A stretch of 49,174 nucleotides of DNA. It comes from Acholeplasma sp. (GTDB taxonomy: Bacteria; Bacillota_I; Bacilli_A; ML615J-28; CAG-698). The stretch's first letter is position 1; every line of letters starts with the position of its first letter. Below, piece after piece: positions 1-9,472 of this stretch. A program made the position numbers and the translations under genes. The stretch lies in contig DUOW01000002.1 in the NCBI GenBank assembly GCA_012838635.1, forward strand, positions 1-49,174. Reading direction: 5' to 3'. The notes under the pieces were generated by a model. It saw nothing but the letters and a program-made list of their open reading frames with translations. It did no database searches and was not told where the DNA came from.

Positions 1-155
1 ACATTATATTCTTTTTCAAATGCCTTCATTACATCTTTACTCATATATTGAGCCCAGTTCATAACATAAAGTTTTTCTTTTCTAGTACAGCCTGCGACTA
101 AAAATAGACTCAAAACTAAACTTAAAATTAATATTAATCTTTTGAAATTTTTCAT
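1..155 (-). CDS. potD: Spermidine/putrescine ABC transporter substrate-binding lipoprotein (5' part; runs off the window start)
   Basis: Not in the ORF track. Translated by hand as MKNFKRLILILSLVLSLFLVAGCTRKEKLYVMNWAQYMSKDVMKAFEKEYNV, with a lipobox (VAG-C) and the PotD-type 'LYVxNWxxY...FEKEY' start. ATGA overlap with the potC stop. Confidence 0.88.
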   Translation of the reverse strand, partial: MKNFKRLILILSLVLSLFLVAGCTRKEKLYVMNWAQYMSKDVMKAFEKEYN

Positions 156-991
156 TTTTTTACCATCTTTCTTTTTTTGATAATATTATAAATTATTAGG
201 ATTGCTAATGTTAGCACCATAATAATCGTATTGTATGCATATGCTTTTGGTAGAGCTTGGAACCTTGTTGCTTTTCTATTTGTATATAACCAAATTGAGA
301 AGTTCGCAACTCCACCACCTGTAGTAAAGTAACTGATGATAAAATCATCAATACTCATCGTAAATGCTATTAACATTCCTGTAATAATCCCTGGTCTAAT
401 TGATGGGATAATTATCTTCATAATCGCTTCTCGGGGTTTAGAACCTAAATCTAAAGCTGCATCATATAAGTTAGGATCCATTTCATTAAGTTTTGGCAAC
501 ACCGATAAAATTACATAAGGAATTGAGAAGAAGATATGAGCAATTAACATTGTTGTATATCCTAAAGGATAATTAACTCCAATCATTCTTCCAAACGTTA
601 GAAAAACTAACATTAAGAATACTCCCGTAACAATATCTGCATTAATAATTGGAACATTGTTTAAAAAGATTAATCTTTGCTTTCTCTTTCGGTCTAAAGA
701 ATTAATACCTAAGGCAAAAAGTGTTCCTAAAACAGTGGAAACTAAAGTTGAGATGAAGGCAATTGAAAGAGTATTAACAATTGCATCCATTAACTCAGCA
801 TCCTTAAATAGTTCACCATACCATCTTAACGTTACACCACCAAAAGTATTACCTGTACCATCAGCATTAATAGATTGGATAATAATATAAAAGATCGGCA
901 AATAAAGAACTACCAAAACAAAAATGACAAAGAAAGCTTTTAAAACAGAACCTGCTTTTTGCAGTTTTTTTCTTGTAGAAATCTTAATCAT
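152..991 (-). CDS. potC: Spermidine/putrescine ABC transporter permease
   Basis: Hydrophobic permease with EAA-loop-like 'DAALDLGS' and 'FTMSIDDF'. Position in potABCD. Confidence 0.9.
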   Translation of the reverse strand: MIKISTRKKLQKAGSVLKAFFVIFVLVVLYLPIFYIIIQSINADGTGNTFGGVTLRWYGELFKDAELMDAIVNTLSIAFISTLVSTVLGTLFALGINSLDRKRKQRLIFLNNVPIINADIVTGVFLMLVFLTFGRMIGVNYPLGYTTMLIAHIFFSIPYVILSVLPKLNEMDPNLYDAALDLGSKPREAIMKIIIPSIRPGIITGMLIAFTMSIDDFIISYFTTGGGVANFSIWLYTNRKATRFQALPKAYAYNTIIMVLTLAILIIYNIIKKRKMVKK

Positions 992-1806
992 ATTAATGTC
1001 GCTCCTTCCTTATCTAATTTATTAGAAATAAAGATGGCGATAAAAATAAAGGCAATTAAGAATAAACTTATTAAGCTTCCTGTTCCATAATTACTACCAC
1101 TCTTAAATTTTTGTTCAATAATTGTACCAATTAAAACTAACTTTCCTTTAGACATAATCTCTGGAATCGTAAATGAAGTTGCTGCTGGTAAAAATACCAT
1201 AATAATTCCACTTGCAACACCCTTTAGCGATAAAGGTAAAGTAACTTTCCTAAATGTTTTAAATCCACTAGCTCCTAAATCTTGTGATGCTTCAATTAAT
1301 AATGGATCTTGTTTTTCTAAAACCGTATAAATTGGGAAAATCATAAATGGTAAATATACAACAACCATTGCTAGGATTACACTAAATGTTGTACCAGATA
1401 AGTTAATACTAATCCCAAAAACATTTTTCATAAATCCTTCTGGAAGTAACATCATATTTAAAGATTGAATACGAAGAAGCATATTTGTCCACATCGGCAA
1501 AATAAACAAAAGCAAGATAATAAAACTTAGCTGCGGCTTTAACCTAGAGACAATGTAGGCAATTGGATAACCAATAACGATACAAATAATTGTTGTGATT
1601 AAGGCATAACCCATACTTCTTAAAAACACTTCAAAATATGTTTGATTAAATGTTGCTTTAAAATTATCAATTGTAAATGTAGCAGTAGAAAAATCTAATC
1701 CTTGAATATCTAAAAAGGCTAAGACAACCATAATTAGTAGTGGAAACACTACTAAAATAACCATCCATATTGAATATGGTAGTGCTAGTATCTTAAATCT
1801 TTTCAT
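988..1806 (-). CDS. potB: Spermidine/putrescine ABC transporter permease
   Basis: 'GYPIAY', 'LPMWTNMLLR', 'YLPFMIFPIY', 'EASQDLGA'. Overlaps potA and potC. Confidence 0.9.
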   Translation of the reverse strand: MKRFKILALPYSIWMVILVVFPLLIMVVLAFLDIQGLDFSTATFTIDNFKATFNQTYFEVFLRSMGYALITTIICIVIGYPIAYIVSRLKPQLSFIILLLFILPMWTNMLLRIQSLNMMLLPEGFMKNVFGISINLSGTTFSVILAMVVVYLPFMIFPIYTVLEKQDPLLIEASQDLGASGFKTFRKVTLPLSLKGVASGIIMVFLPAATSFTIPEIMSKGKLVLIGTIIEQKFKSGSNYGTGSLISLFLIAFIFIAIFISNKLDKEGATLI

Positions 1807-3346
1807 TTGGATCTACCTTCATAATATGAATTTCGTAAGGATCAACACTTAAACCAATTTTGTCCCCTACTTCAAATTGTTCGTATTTATGAATAATCAA
1901 CTCTTGACCTTGAACCATAGCACAAATTTCATAGAATACTCCTTTAAAGATAATACTATCTACAACACCTATAATCTTTGCCTCTTCTAGCTCTACAATA
2001 TCAAAGTCTTCTGGTCTAATAACTACATCTACTACTTCGCCTTTTGCAAAATTATCATCAACACATTTAAAATCAGAACCAAAAATTTCTACTATTTTGT
2101 CTCCTTTAAATACTGATCTAATAATATTACTTTCCCCAATAAAGTTAGCTACAAACCTATTATTAGGTTCATTATAAATTGACTCTGGTGTTCCGATTTG
2201 TTGGATAATGCCATGATCAAAAACAACAATTTTATCACTCATTGTTAGAGCTTCTTCTTGGTCATGAGTTACATAGATAAAAGTAACCTTTGATTCTTTT
2301 TGCATCTCTTTTAACTCATACTGCATGTTTTGTCTTAGCTTTAAGTCTAAGGCAGCTAAAGGCTCATCAAGTAACAAAATCTTTGGTTTGTTTACCAATG
2401 CTCTAGCAATTGCAACTCTTTGCATTTCTCCACCAGATAGTTTATCTACTTTTCTATCACCATATCCTTCTAAGTTAACCATTTTTAAAATATCGTTAAC
2501 TGCTTGTTCGATATGATGTGGACTCATCATTAAACTCTTAGCTGATTTTTCTTCATCTTTGCGTTGTTTATAATATTGTTTTTGTAGTTTATATAACTCA
2601 TCAATATCATAACCATAAGCTATTCTTTCTAACTTTTCTTTTTCTTTAGTATATTTTTGATTGATTTTAGCTTTATCTTTTCTCGTCTTAGCTTCAGCTT
2701 TTAACTTAGCAAGTTTTTCTTCTAATGCTTCAAGTTTTTCTTCAGCTAAAGCTACTCTTTCTTCATCTTTTTCTAAAGCTTCAATTTTAGCTTCTAGTTT
2801 AGCATCTAATTTATCATATCTAAATTCAATATCTTCTAACTTCTCTTCATATAATTTATGCTTTTCAGCACTCGTTTTTTCTTTAATTTCTGCTTTAATT
2901 TCTTTTAAACGATGTTTTAATTCTTTTTTCTCTTCAGCAGTTGTTTCCTTATTATTTAGTTTTTCTCTAATATCCTTTTTTTCTTGATCATAAGATTTTC
3001 TTACATTACTCTTAATTTCCTCAAAAATTCGATTATAATTTTTAAGTCCATAAGCAATATTTTCAAACACATTTAAATGAGGAAAAAGTGCATATCTTTG
3101 AAACACCGTATTGATTGGACGATAATATGGTGGAATCTCATTAATAGTTTCCCCATTTAAAATTATCTCTCCTGAATCAGGATCTTCAAATCCCCCAATC
3201 ATTCTTAAAACTGTTGTCTTCCCACACCCTGAAGGTCCTAATAAGGTGACAAATTCATTTTCGTTAATTTCTAGATTAAGATTTGTGATAACTTCTGCGT
3301 CATCAAAAGATTTGTAAATGTTTTTTAGTTCAATAATTTTGCCCAT
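1793..3346 (-). CDS. potA: Spermidine/putrescine ABC transporter ATP-binding protein with a large coiled-coil insertion
   Basis: Walker A GPSGCGKT, signature LSGGE, Walker B LLLDEP, 'VTHDQEEA', C-terminal TOBE-like region. Start moved to ATG 3346, which has a GAGGT RBS. Confidence 0.92.
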   Translation of the reverse strand: MGKIIELKNIYKSFDDAEVITNLNLEINENEFVTLLGPSGCGKTTVLRMIGGFEDPDSGEIILNGETINEIPPYYRPINTVFQRYALFPHLNVFENIAYGLKNYNRIFEEIKSNVRKSYDQEKKDIREKLNNKETTAEEKKELKHRLKEIKAEIKEKTSAEKHKLYEEKLEDIEFRYDKLDAKLEAKIEALEKDEERVALAEEKLEALEEKLAKLKAEAKTRKDKAKINQKYTKEKEKLERIAYGYDIDELYKLQKQYYKQRKDEEKSAKSLMMSPHHIEQAVNDILKMVNLEGYGDRKVDKLSGGEMQRVAIARALVNKPKILLLDEPLAALDLKLRQNMQYELKEMQKESKVTFIYVTHDQEEALTMSDKIVVFDHGIIQQIGTPESIYNEPNNRFVANFIGESNIIRSVFKGDKIVEIFGSDFKCVDDNFAKGEVVDVVIRPEDFDIVELEEAKIIGVVDSIIFKGVFYEICAMVQGQELIIHKYEQFEVGDKIGLSVDPYEIHIMKVDPNEKI

Positions 3347-3454
3347 GTAAGACCTCACTTGCTAAAAAAAATAGTTATGATGTTGAACTACACACCAAAT
3401 TAACTTAATAAAAAAGCAGCTTTCATTCGACTCATAACTTTCTATTATAGGTAT

Positions 3455-3483
3455 AGTTTATCACATTTTCTTTATAATATCAA
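3455..3483 (-). promoter_or_regulatory. Sigma-A promoter of the pot operon
   Basis: TTGATA-17 bp-TAAACT with TGTG extended -10. An alternative TATAAT lies at 3444-3449. Confidence 0.55.
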
Positions 3484-3499
3484 TATAAATTTTTTAAAT

Positions 3500-3525
3500 A
3501 AAAAAGATGATTTTAAATCATCTTT
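3500..3525 (-). terminator. Intrinsic terminator of the nucleoside ABC operon
   Basis: AAAGATGATT-3 nt-AATCATCTTT hairpin overlapping the stop codon, followed by a T-tract on the minus strand. Confidence 0.65.
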
Positions 3526-4522
3526 CTTCTCTAAAGTAATGCAAGCCTAATGAGCGAGGAGGTTGATCTTCTCTTCTCTTATTTAGACTTGTAACTATTA
3601 ATACGATAATTGTAACTAAATATGGTAACATCTTTAAGATTTCTTGTTGGGAAGTTGAAGCATGTAAATAGTTATAAGCAACTGTTAAAGCTCCAAATAA
3701 AAATGCTCCCCAAATACTTCTTAAAGGTCGCCATAAACTAAAGATAACTAAAGCAACAGCTAACCATCCAGCATCACCTAATGCACCATGTTGCCATACA
3801 CCTTTTAAGTAGTTCATTACAAAATAACAACCACCTAAACCAGCAATTATTCCACCTACCATAATTGCTACATATTTATATTTAGTTACATTAATGCCAG
3901 CAGCATCTGCAGCTTGAGGATTTTCTCCTACTGCTTTTAAATTTAAACCAATACTTGTTTTCTTAAAAAAGATATGAACTAATACCGCTAAAATTAATGC
4001 CACAAATGTTAAAAAGCCATAACTACTATTAAAGAATAACTTACCAAATAGACCAGTCTTTTCTGATAACCACGGAATATAGAAAGTAAAAGCATCACTA
4101 GTTTCTTTTACAGAAACAAATAATCCTGAACCTCCTTGAGCAAGTTTCCCTAAAGATCCTCCTAAAAAGTTTGCAAGTCCAACACCAAATGTAGTTAAAG
4201 CAAGTCCTGTTACATTTTGATTAGCTCTTAAAGACACAGTTAAAACTGCATAAATACAAGCACCTAAACCTGACATTAAAATACAAAAAAATAAAGCACA
4301 AAGAATTGCTAAAAAGCCATTAAAATTTGTTGCATTTGATTCATAAATAAATGCCCCTAAGATTGCTCCAATACCACCTAAATACATAATACCAGGAATA
4401 CCAAGGTTCAAATGGCCAGCTTTTTCTATAATTGTCTCACCTAGACAACCAAATAAAAGCGTAATTCCATTTAAAACCATCGCTACAAAAAAGGAAACTG
4501 AAAAAATCTCAATTGCTAGCAT
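3518..4522 (-). CDS. Purine nucleoside ABC transporter permease (NupC/NupQ-like)
   Basis: 'GETIIEKAGHLNLG', 'AVGENPQAADAAGINV', 'GWLAVALV', 'LPYLVTI'. Start set at ATG 4522 after AAGGAGG. Confidence 0.85.
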   Translation of the reverse strand: MLAIEIFSVSFFVAMVLNGITLLFGCLGETIIEKAGHLNLGIPGIMYLGGIGAILGAFIYESNATNFNGFLAILCALFFCILMSGLGACIYAVLTVSLRANQNVTGLALTTFGVGLANFLGGSLGKLAQGGSGLFVSVKETSDAFTFYIPWLSEKTGLFGKLFFNSSYGFLTFVALILAVLVHIFFKKTSIGLNLKAVGENPQAADAAGINVTKYKYVAIMVGGIIAGLGGCYFVMNYLKGVWQHGALGDAGWLAVALVIFSLWRPLRSIWGAFLFGALTVAYNYLHASTSQQEILKMLPYLVTIIVLIVTSLNKRREDQPPRSLGLHYFREER

Positions 4523-5843
4523 TGGCAAGTTCCTCCTTATCCTTTTTCTTTCTATTTATAATAACTTTATATCTAATGAAGAATTCACTTATTAGAATAA
4601 AGAAAATTAATATTCCAATTAAAACATCACTCATCGAAGCGTTAAGTGAAATGTCAGATGCTAACCTTTTAGCACCTGCACTAAAGAATGTTAGTAACGC
4701 TGAAATAATAAGCATAAAGCCCATATTGAAATTACCAAGCCAAGTTACTGTAATAGCAGTAAATCCTCTACCAGCAGCAAGATTAGGCGATAAACTATGG
4801 TCAACACCAGCCACAATCAACATTCCAACAAACCCACAAATAGCACTTGAAATTAACACAGTTCTAATTGTAACTTTCTCTACATCAATTGCAGCATAGT
4901 TTGCTGTATTAACACTACCACCAACTACTTTAATCTCATATCCTTGTTTTGTATATTTCATATAAACATACATTGCTAAGGCAACAACCCCAACAAGTAG
5001 TAACAATAAAACATAATTTCCACTTCCAAAAATACTAGATAAGAAATTATTAGGAATCCATCCTACCTTTGGATATTCACTTCCAAAAACATTGTTAATA
5101 ATACCTACATCACCTGAACCAGGAACTTTCTCCCATTTAATACAAAAATATCTTACAAGTTGAATAGCAATGTAGTTCATCATTAACGTAAATAAAGTTT
5201 CATTAGTACCAAACTTAGCTTTAAACAAAGCCGGGAAAATACCCCATAACATTCCCGCTAGAATACCACCTAAAAACATTATGATAAATAACAAAAATTG
5301 CATATTATGAAAAGCAGGTGTTAAATACTTCATAATTGCAAAAGTAGCAAGTCCACCAACTAAAATTTGTCCTTCAGCGCCAATGTTCCAAAATCTCATT
5401 TTAAAAACAGGAATTAAGGCAACACCTACACCAAATAACAAAAACGTATTTCTTAATAAAGCCCAAATATTAATTGAAGAACCAAAGTTACCTTTAAATA
5501 ACGTTGATAAAATTTGAGCATTACTTGCACCAGTGATTAAATTAATAATCATCATATATAAAGCAAATCCTACTAAAAAGATACCTACTCTAATTATTAA
5601 TTTTTGCCAAAACTTTAACTCTTTTTGTTTTGTAATTCTAAAAAGAGGAATTTTAGTATTCTTTTCTTCTGGATCTTCTTGTTTTCTTTTTTGTCTTGAA
5701 CGAATTAAATTTACTAATAAATAGGCACCTAAAACACAAACAGCAATTATTGCCACAACAATAAAGATTTGTGCAAGAACTTTTAAAATTTTAGCATATC
5801 TTTCTAATCTAAAGTATTGATCTACAACACTACTTAAAATCAT
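4509..5843 (-). CDS. Purine nucleoside ABC transporter permease (NupB/NupP-like)
   Basis: 'FWNIGAEGQ', 'NETLFTLMMNYIA', 'GRGFTAITV'. ATGA overlap with the ATPase stop. Confidence 0.85.
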   Translation of the reverse strand: MILSSVVDQYFRLERYAKILKVLAQIFIVVAIIAVCVLGAYLLVNLIRSRQKRKQEDPEEKNTKIPLFRITKQKELKFWQKLIIRVGIFLVGFALYMMIINLITGASNAQILSTLFKGNFGSSINIWALLRNTFLLFGVGVALIPVFKMRFWNIGAEGQILVGGLATFAIMKYLTPAFHNMQFLLFIIMFLGGILAGMLWGIFPALFKAKFGTNETLFTLMMNYIAIQLVRYFCIKWEKVPGSGDVGIINNVFGSEYPKVGWIPNNFLSSIFGSGNYVLLLLLVGVVALAMYVYMKYTKQGYEIKVVGGSVNTANYAAIDVEKVTIRTVLISSAICGFVGMLIVAGVDHSLSPNLAAGRGFTAITVTWLGNFNMGFMLIISALLTFFSAGAKRLASDISLNASMSDVLIGILIFFILISEFFIRYKVIINRKKKDKEELANASN

Positions 5844-7363
5844 TTCTCAAGTTCCTCCTCTATCTTATTAGTCATTAATAAACCTATTTCTTCTTTTGTA
5901 ACTTTCTTTGGATCAAGAGGTTTACTAATCTTACCATTACTTAAAACTAAAATCTTATCAGATAAAGCAAGAAGAACATCTAAATCTTCCCCAACATAAA
6001 TAACTGCTACTCCTGCTTCTTTTTGCTTATTTAAAATATCATAAATAACATATGAAGTATTAATGTCTAATCCTCTAACAGCATAAGCAGTCATAAATAC
6101 AATTGGGTTATTAGCTATTTCTCTTCCAACTAATACTTTTTGTACATTACCACCAGATAATGTTTGAACAGCAGTTTCTTCAGACGGCGTTGAAACGGCA
6201 AGTTCTTCTTTGATTGCTTTAGCTATCTTCTTCGCTCTTTTTCGGTTTTTATAAAAATTAGGAGTTTCATCATATGTTCTCAAAAGAACATTATCAACCA
6301 TACCCATACTACCTACTAAACCCATACCTAATCTATCTTCAGGAACAAACGATAAAGATATTCCCAATCTCTTAATTTGGAAAGGACTCTTACCAATTAA
6401 TTTGATTTCATTGTGCTTAGGATGATAATAAGTAATATCACTACCTTTTTGTGTACCTTGAAGACCAGCAATTGCTTCTAATAGTTCTTTTTGACCAGAA
6501 CCTGAAATCCCCGCAATTCCTAAAATCTCTCCTCCATAAGCATCAAAAGAAACATTATCTAAAACCATTTTCCCGTATTGATTCTTTACGGATAAATCTC
6601 TAATTTCTAGTCTTAAAACTGGATCTTTAACTTTAGATCTTTTGATATTTAAACTTACCTTTTCACCAACCATTAATTCAGCAAGCATTAATTCATTAGC
6701 ATCTTTTGTAGCTAATCTTTTAACTAATTTACCTTTTCTTAAAACAGCAATACTATCAGATACCCCTAAAACTTCATTCATTTTATGAGTTATTAAAACA
6801 ATTGCTTTTCCTCTTTCCTTTAGTTTTCTTAAAGCCTTAAACAACTGTTTTGTCTCTTGTGGTGTTAAAACAGCAGTTGGCTCATCTAAGATTAAAAGGT
6901 TAGCTCCTCTATATAATACTTTAATAATCTCTAAACTTTGTTTTTCAGAAACAGTCATATTATAGACTTTCTTTTTCGGATCAATATCAAAGCCGTACAT
7001 TTCTCCTACTTCTTTGATTTCTTGTTCTACCTTCTCCATATCCAAAAAGAAGCCTTTATTTAGACCTAGGATTACATTTTCTGCGGCTGTTAATAAATCA
7101 ACTAATTTAAAGTGTTGGTGAATCATCCCAATTCCATAACTACTAGCATCCTTAGGACTTTTGATAACAATTTCTTCACCATTAAGGAAAATTTGTCCCC
7201 TATCAGGATAATAAAGTCCAGCAAGCATATTCATTAAAGTTGTCTTTCCTGAACCATTTTCCCCAAGTAAGGCTAGGATTTCACCTTCATTGATTGTAAG
7301 GGAAATGTCTTCATTAGCAACTACTTCCCCAAAATATTTAGATAAGTTTTTTAGTTCAAACAT
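5840..7363 (-). CDS. Nucleoside ABC transporter ATP-binding protein (two fused ABC domains, CUT2 type)
   Basis: GENGSGKT, 'LILDEPTAVLTPQE', second domain 'LSGGNVQK'. Start set at ATG 7363 after AAGGAGAG. Confidence 0.9.
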   Translation of the reverse strand: MFELKNLSKYFGEVVANEDISLTINEGEILALLGENGSGKTTLMNMLAGLYYPDRGQIFLNGEEIVIKSPKDASSYGIGMIHQHFKLVDLLTAAENVILGLNKGFFLDMEKVEQEIKEVGEMYGFDIDPKKKVYNMTVSEKQSLEIIKVLYRGANLLILDEPTAVLTPQETKQLFKALRKLKERGKAIVLITHKMNEVLGVSDSIAVLRKGKLVKRLATKDANELMLAELMVGEKVSLNIKRSKVKDPVLRLEIRDLSVKNQYGKMVLDNVSFDAYGGEILGIAGISGSGQKELLEAIAGLQGTQKGSDITYYHPKHNEIKLIGKSPFQIKRLGISLSFVPEDRLGMGLVGSMGMVDNVLLRTYDETPNFYKNRKRAKKIAKAIKEELAVSTPSEETAVQTLSGGNVQKVLVGREIANNPIVFMTAYAVRGLDINTSYVIYDILNKQKEAGVAVIYVGEDLDVLLALSDKILVLSNGKISKPLDPKKVTKEEIGLLMTNKIEEELEK

Positions 7364-7382
7364 CTGTTCTCTCCTTATATAT

Positions 7383-7416
7383 AAAAATGAAGAAGGCAAA
7401 TTATTTTGCCTTCTTC
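7383..7416 (-). terminator. Intra-operon hairpin (partial terminator or mRNA stabiliser) after the BMP gene
   Basis: GAAGAAGGCAAA...TTTGCCTTCTTC stem at 7389-7416, followed by ATTTTT on the minus strand. Confidence 0.6.
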
Positions 7417-7435
7417 TTTAATAACCTTAAGTCTT

Positions 7436-8674
7436 TTAGAAAGCTTGATTTAATTCTATAATTCCATCAATTACAAAGGCAAATCCTGGAGCTGAACCTA
7501 AATCATCATCTGATTCTGCAAAATAGCTTACTCCATTACTATCTGTCTTAATATATTCTTTACCATAGAAGCCCTCTACACCTGCAGTTGAAGTAACTTT
7601 TTCTCCACCAACTGTAAATTTAGATGTATCAAATACATATAAAGTACCATTTTTAATTGCTTCAATAGCTGCTTCAACTTTTTGATTTGCTTCGTTATAT
7701 GCTTCATCGCTACCAAAAGCATTTCTATTTACTTCAGTAATTGCTACTGCACCTTCTTTAAATCCTTCACACCAATCAACTTGAGGTTTTCTACCTGCCA
7801 TACCTTCTCTAACAGCGTAAGTATAATATACTCCCCAGTTTAATCCAGCTGATGTAATTGCTTGTGTTGGAGCAGCATCTAACATTGAAACGTTATAACC
7901 AATATTGTTAATTCCTTTTTCTTCACAAGCTGTAGCAGCACCTACTGTATCTGCATGTTGGCTAATTAAAACACAACCTGAATCGATTAGAGCTGTTGCT
8001 GCTTGTTTTTCTGCAACTTGGTTAGCCCATTCTCCAGTATATTGAACTTTCATTTCAAGTTCATAAGCTGGATCTAATGCACTTCTAACTCCTAAGTAGA
8101 ATGCAGTAAAACCAGATTTAACTTCTGCGAACGCCTTAGCGCCTACATAACCAATCGTAACTTTATTTCCAGGTGCATATTTAGTTGGATTTGATGCGAT
8201 TAGTTCATTTAATCTAACTCCACCATAAATACCTGCTACATATCTTGCTTCATAGATATCTACAAAGAAATTAGATACGTTTGGAAGACCACTTGATTTA
8301 GCATTAATACCAGTTGCATGTAAGAAGTGAACTTCTGGGTGATTTGCAGCTACAGTAAATAAGCCTTCTTCATGACCAAAACTGTTTGCAAACACCATCT
8401 TACAACCAGCACCAACTAATTCTTCAGCTGCATCTTGAGCTTCTTTACCTTCTGGTGTATGTTTCTTATAAACAATTTGTGAATCCTTTAATCCTAAAGC
8501 TTCTTTCATTTGATTGATACCATTAAGATGAGCTAAACTATAACCTTCGTTTTCATCTCCGATTAAAATAAATCCAACTTTAAAATCATCATCACCATTT
8601 TCTTCTTTGCAACTGCAACCAACTAAACCTACTAAACTAAATACTGCTAATAATAGTAAAACAAACTTTTTCAT
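7436..8674 (-). CDS. BMP-family nucleoside-binding lipoprotein
   Basis: Lipobox LVG-C; 'KVGFILIGD', 'FANSFG', 'YEARYVAG', 'ISQHAD'. Lies in a purine-riboswitch operon. Confidence 0.88.
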   Translation of the reverse strand: MKKFVLLLLAVFSLVGLVGCSCKEENGDDDFKVGFILIGDENEGYSLAHLNGINQMKEALGLKDSQIVYKKHTPEGKEAQDAAEELVGAGCKMVFANSFGHEEGLFTVAANHPEVHFLHATGINAKSSGLPNVSNFFVDIYEARYVAGIYGGVRLNELIASNPTKYAPGNKVTIGYVGAKAFAEVKSGFTAFYLGVRSALDPAYELEMKVQYTGEWANQVAEKQAATALIDSGCVLISQHADTVGAATACEEKGINNIGYNVSMLDAAPTQAITSAGLNWGVYYTYAVREGMAGRKPQVDWCEGFKEGAVAITEVNRNAFGSDEAYNEANQKVEAAIEAIKNGTLYVFDTSKFTVGGEKVTSTAGVEGFYGKEYIKTDSNGVSYFAESDDDLGSAPGFAFVIDGIIELNQAF

Positions 8675-8692
8675 TTTCCCTCCTTGTTTAAT

Positions 8693-9256
8693 TTACTCAA
8701 AACTAATACCGTCACTTAGACTTTTGATTCTAACACAAGATTCTAATTTTAAACCTTGTTTTAAAATCCTTTCTCTTCCGCTTTGGAATGATTTTTCGAT
8801 AACTATTCCCACTCCTACAATCTCAGCGCCTGATTGTTTAATTATTTCCGCTAAAGCTATGACAGCATTACCAGTAGCTAAAAAATCATCGATGATTAAA
8901 ATACGATCATTTTTGCTTAAATACTTTTTAGAAATAAAAGTTTGGTATTCCTTTTTCTTTGTATATGAATACGAAGGGGCGTAGTAATTATCATCTTTAG
9001 TAATTGCTGATGTTTCTTTCTTCGCAAACACAACAGGTACTTTACCTAAATGGTAAGATGCACCAACTGCAAAAGCAATCCCACTAGTTTCAATTGTAAC
9101 AATCTTAGTTACACCTGAGAATTTACTTGCAAAGTGTTCACCAATTTTATCCAGCAAACAAACATCAATTTGATGATTAATAAAAGAATCAACTTTTAAA
9201 ATCTCACCTGGAAAAACCTTACCTTCCTCTAAAATTTTCTTTTTTAATGCTTCCAT
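8693..9256 (-). CDS. xpt: Xanthine phosphoribosyltransferase
   Basis: 'ILKVDSFINHQID', 'TIETSGIA', PRPP motif 'IIDDFLATGNA', 'VIEKSFQ'. True start is ATG 9256 (AGGAGGG RBS), not 9340. Confidence 0.93.
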   Translation of the reverse strand: MEALKKKILEEGKVFPGEILKVDSFINHQIDVCLLDKIGEHFASKFSGVTKIVTIETSGIAFAVGASYHLGKVPVVFAKKETSAITKDDNYYAPSYSYTKKKEYQTFISKKYLSKNDRILIIDDFLATGNAVIALAEIIKQSGAEIVGVGIVIEKSFQSGRERILKQGLKLESCVRIKSLSDGISFE

Positions 9257-9270
9257 AGACCCTCCTGAAA

Positions 9271-9306
9271 ATAAAAAAACTTTCTTAAACAACAGTTTGA
9301 GAAAGT
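9271..9306 (-). terminator. Riboswitch-controlled intrinsic terminator (expression platform)
   Basis: Minus strand ACTTTCTCAAAC-TGTT-GTTTAAGAAAGT followed by TTTTTT, between the aptamer and the xpt RBS. Confidence 0.8.
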
Positions 9307-9346
9307 AAAATGAAAAAGGATGCCTACTTAAAGTAAACATTCTTAA

Positions 9347-9412
9347 TTCGTAGTGCCAGCATTTACGGTGTGGCGTAGAAACTTTCCCTCCATATTAGGA
9401 TAATTATACGAA
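9347..9412 (-). ncRNA. Purine (guanine-sensing) riboswitch aptamer
   Basis: Minus strand TTCGTATAA-TTATCCT-AATATGG-AGGGAAA-GTTTCTAC-GCCACA-CCGTAAA-TGCTGGC-ACTACGAA matches the purine aptamer. C at the discriminator (ACT) implies guanine/hypoxanthine. Upstream of xpt. Confidence 0.95.
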
Positions 9413-9443
9413 AAAAAATATAATGTCTTTTAAAGACATTATT

Positions 9444-9472
9444 ATTATATAACACATTCAATTGATTGTCTA
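9444..9472 (-). promoter_or_regulatory. Sigma-A promoter of the xpt operon
   Basis: TAGACA-17 bp-TATAAT. Confidence 0.75.

Noticed and set aside
9257-9340. N-terminal extension of xpt in the ORF track
   Set aside because: It runs through the riboswitch terminator. The strong RBS and family-typical start are at 9256.
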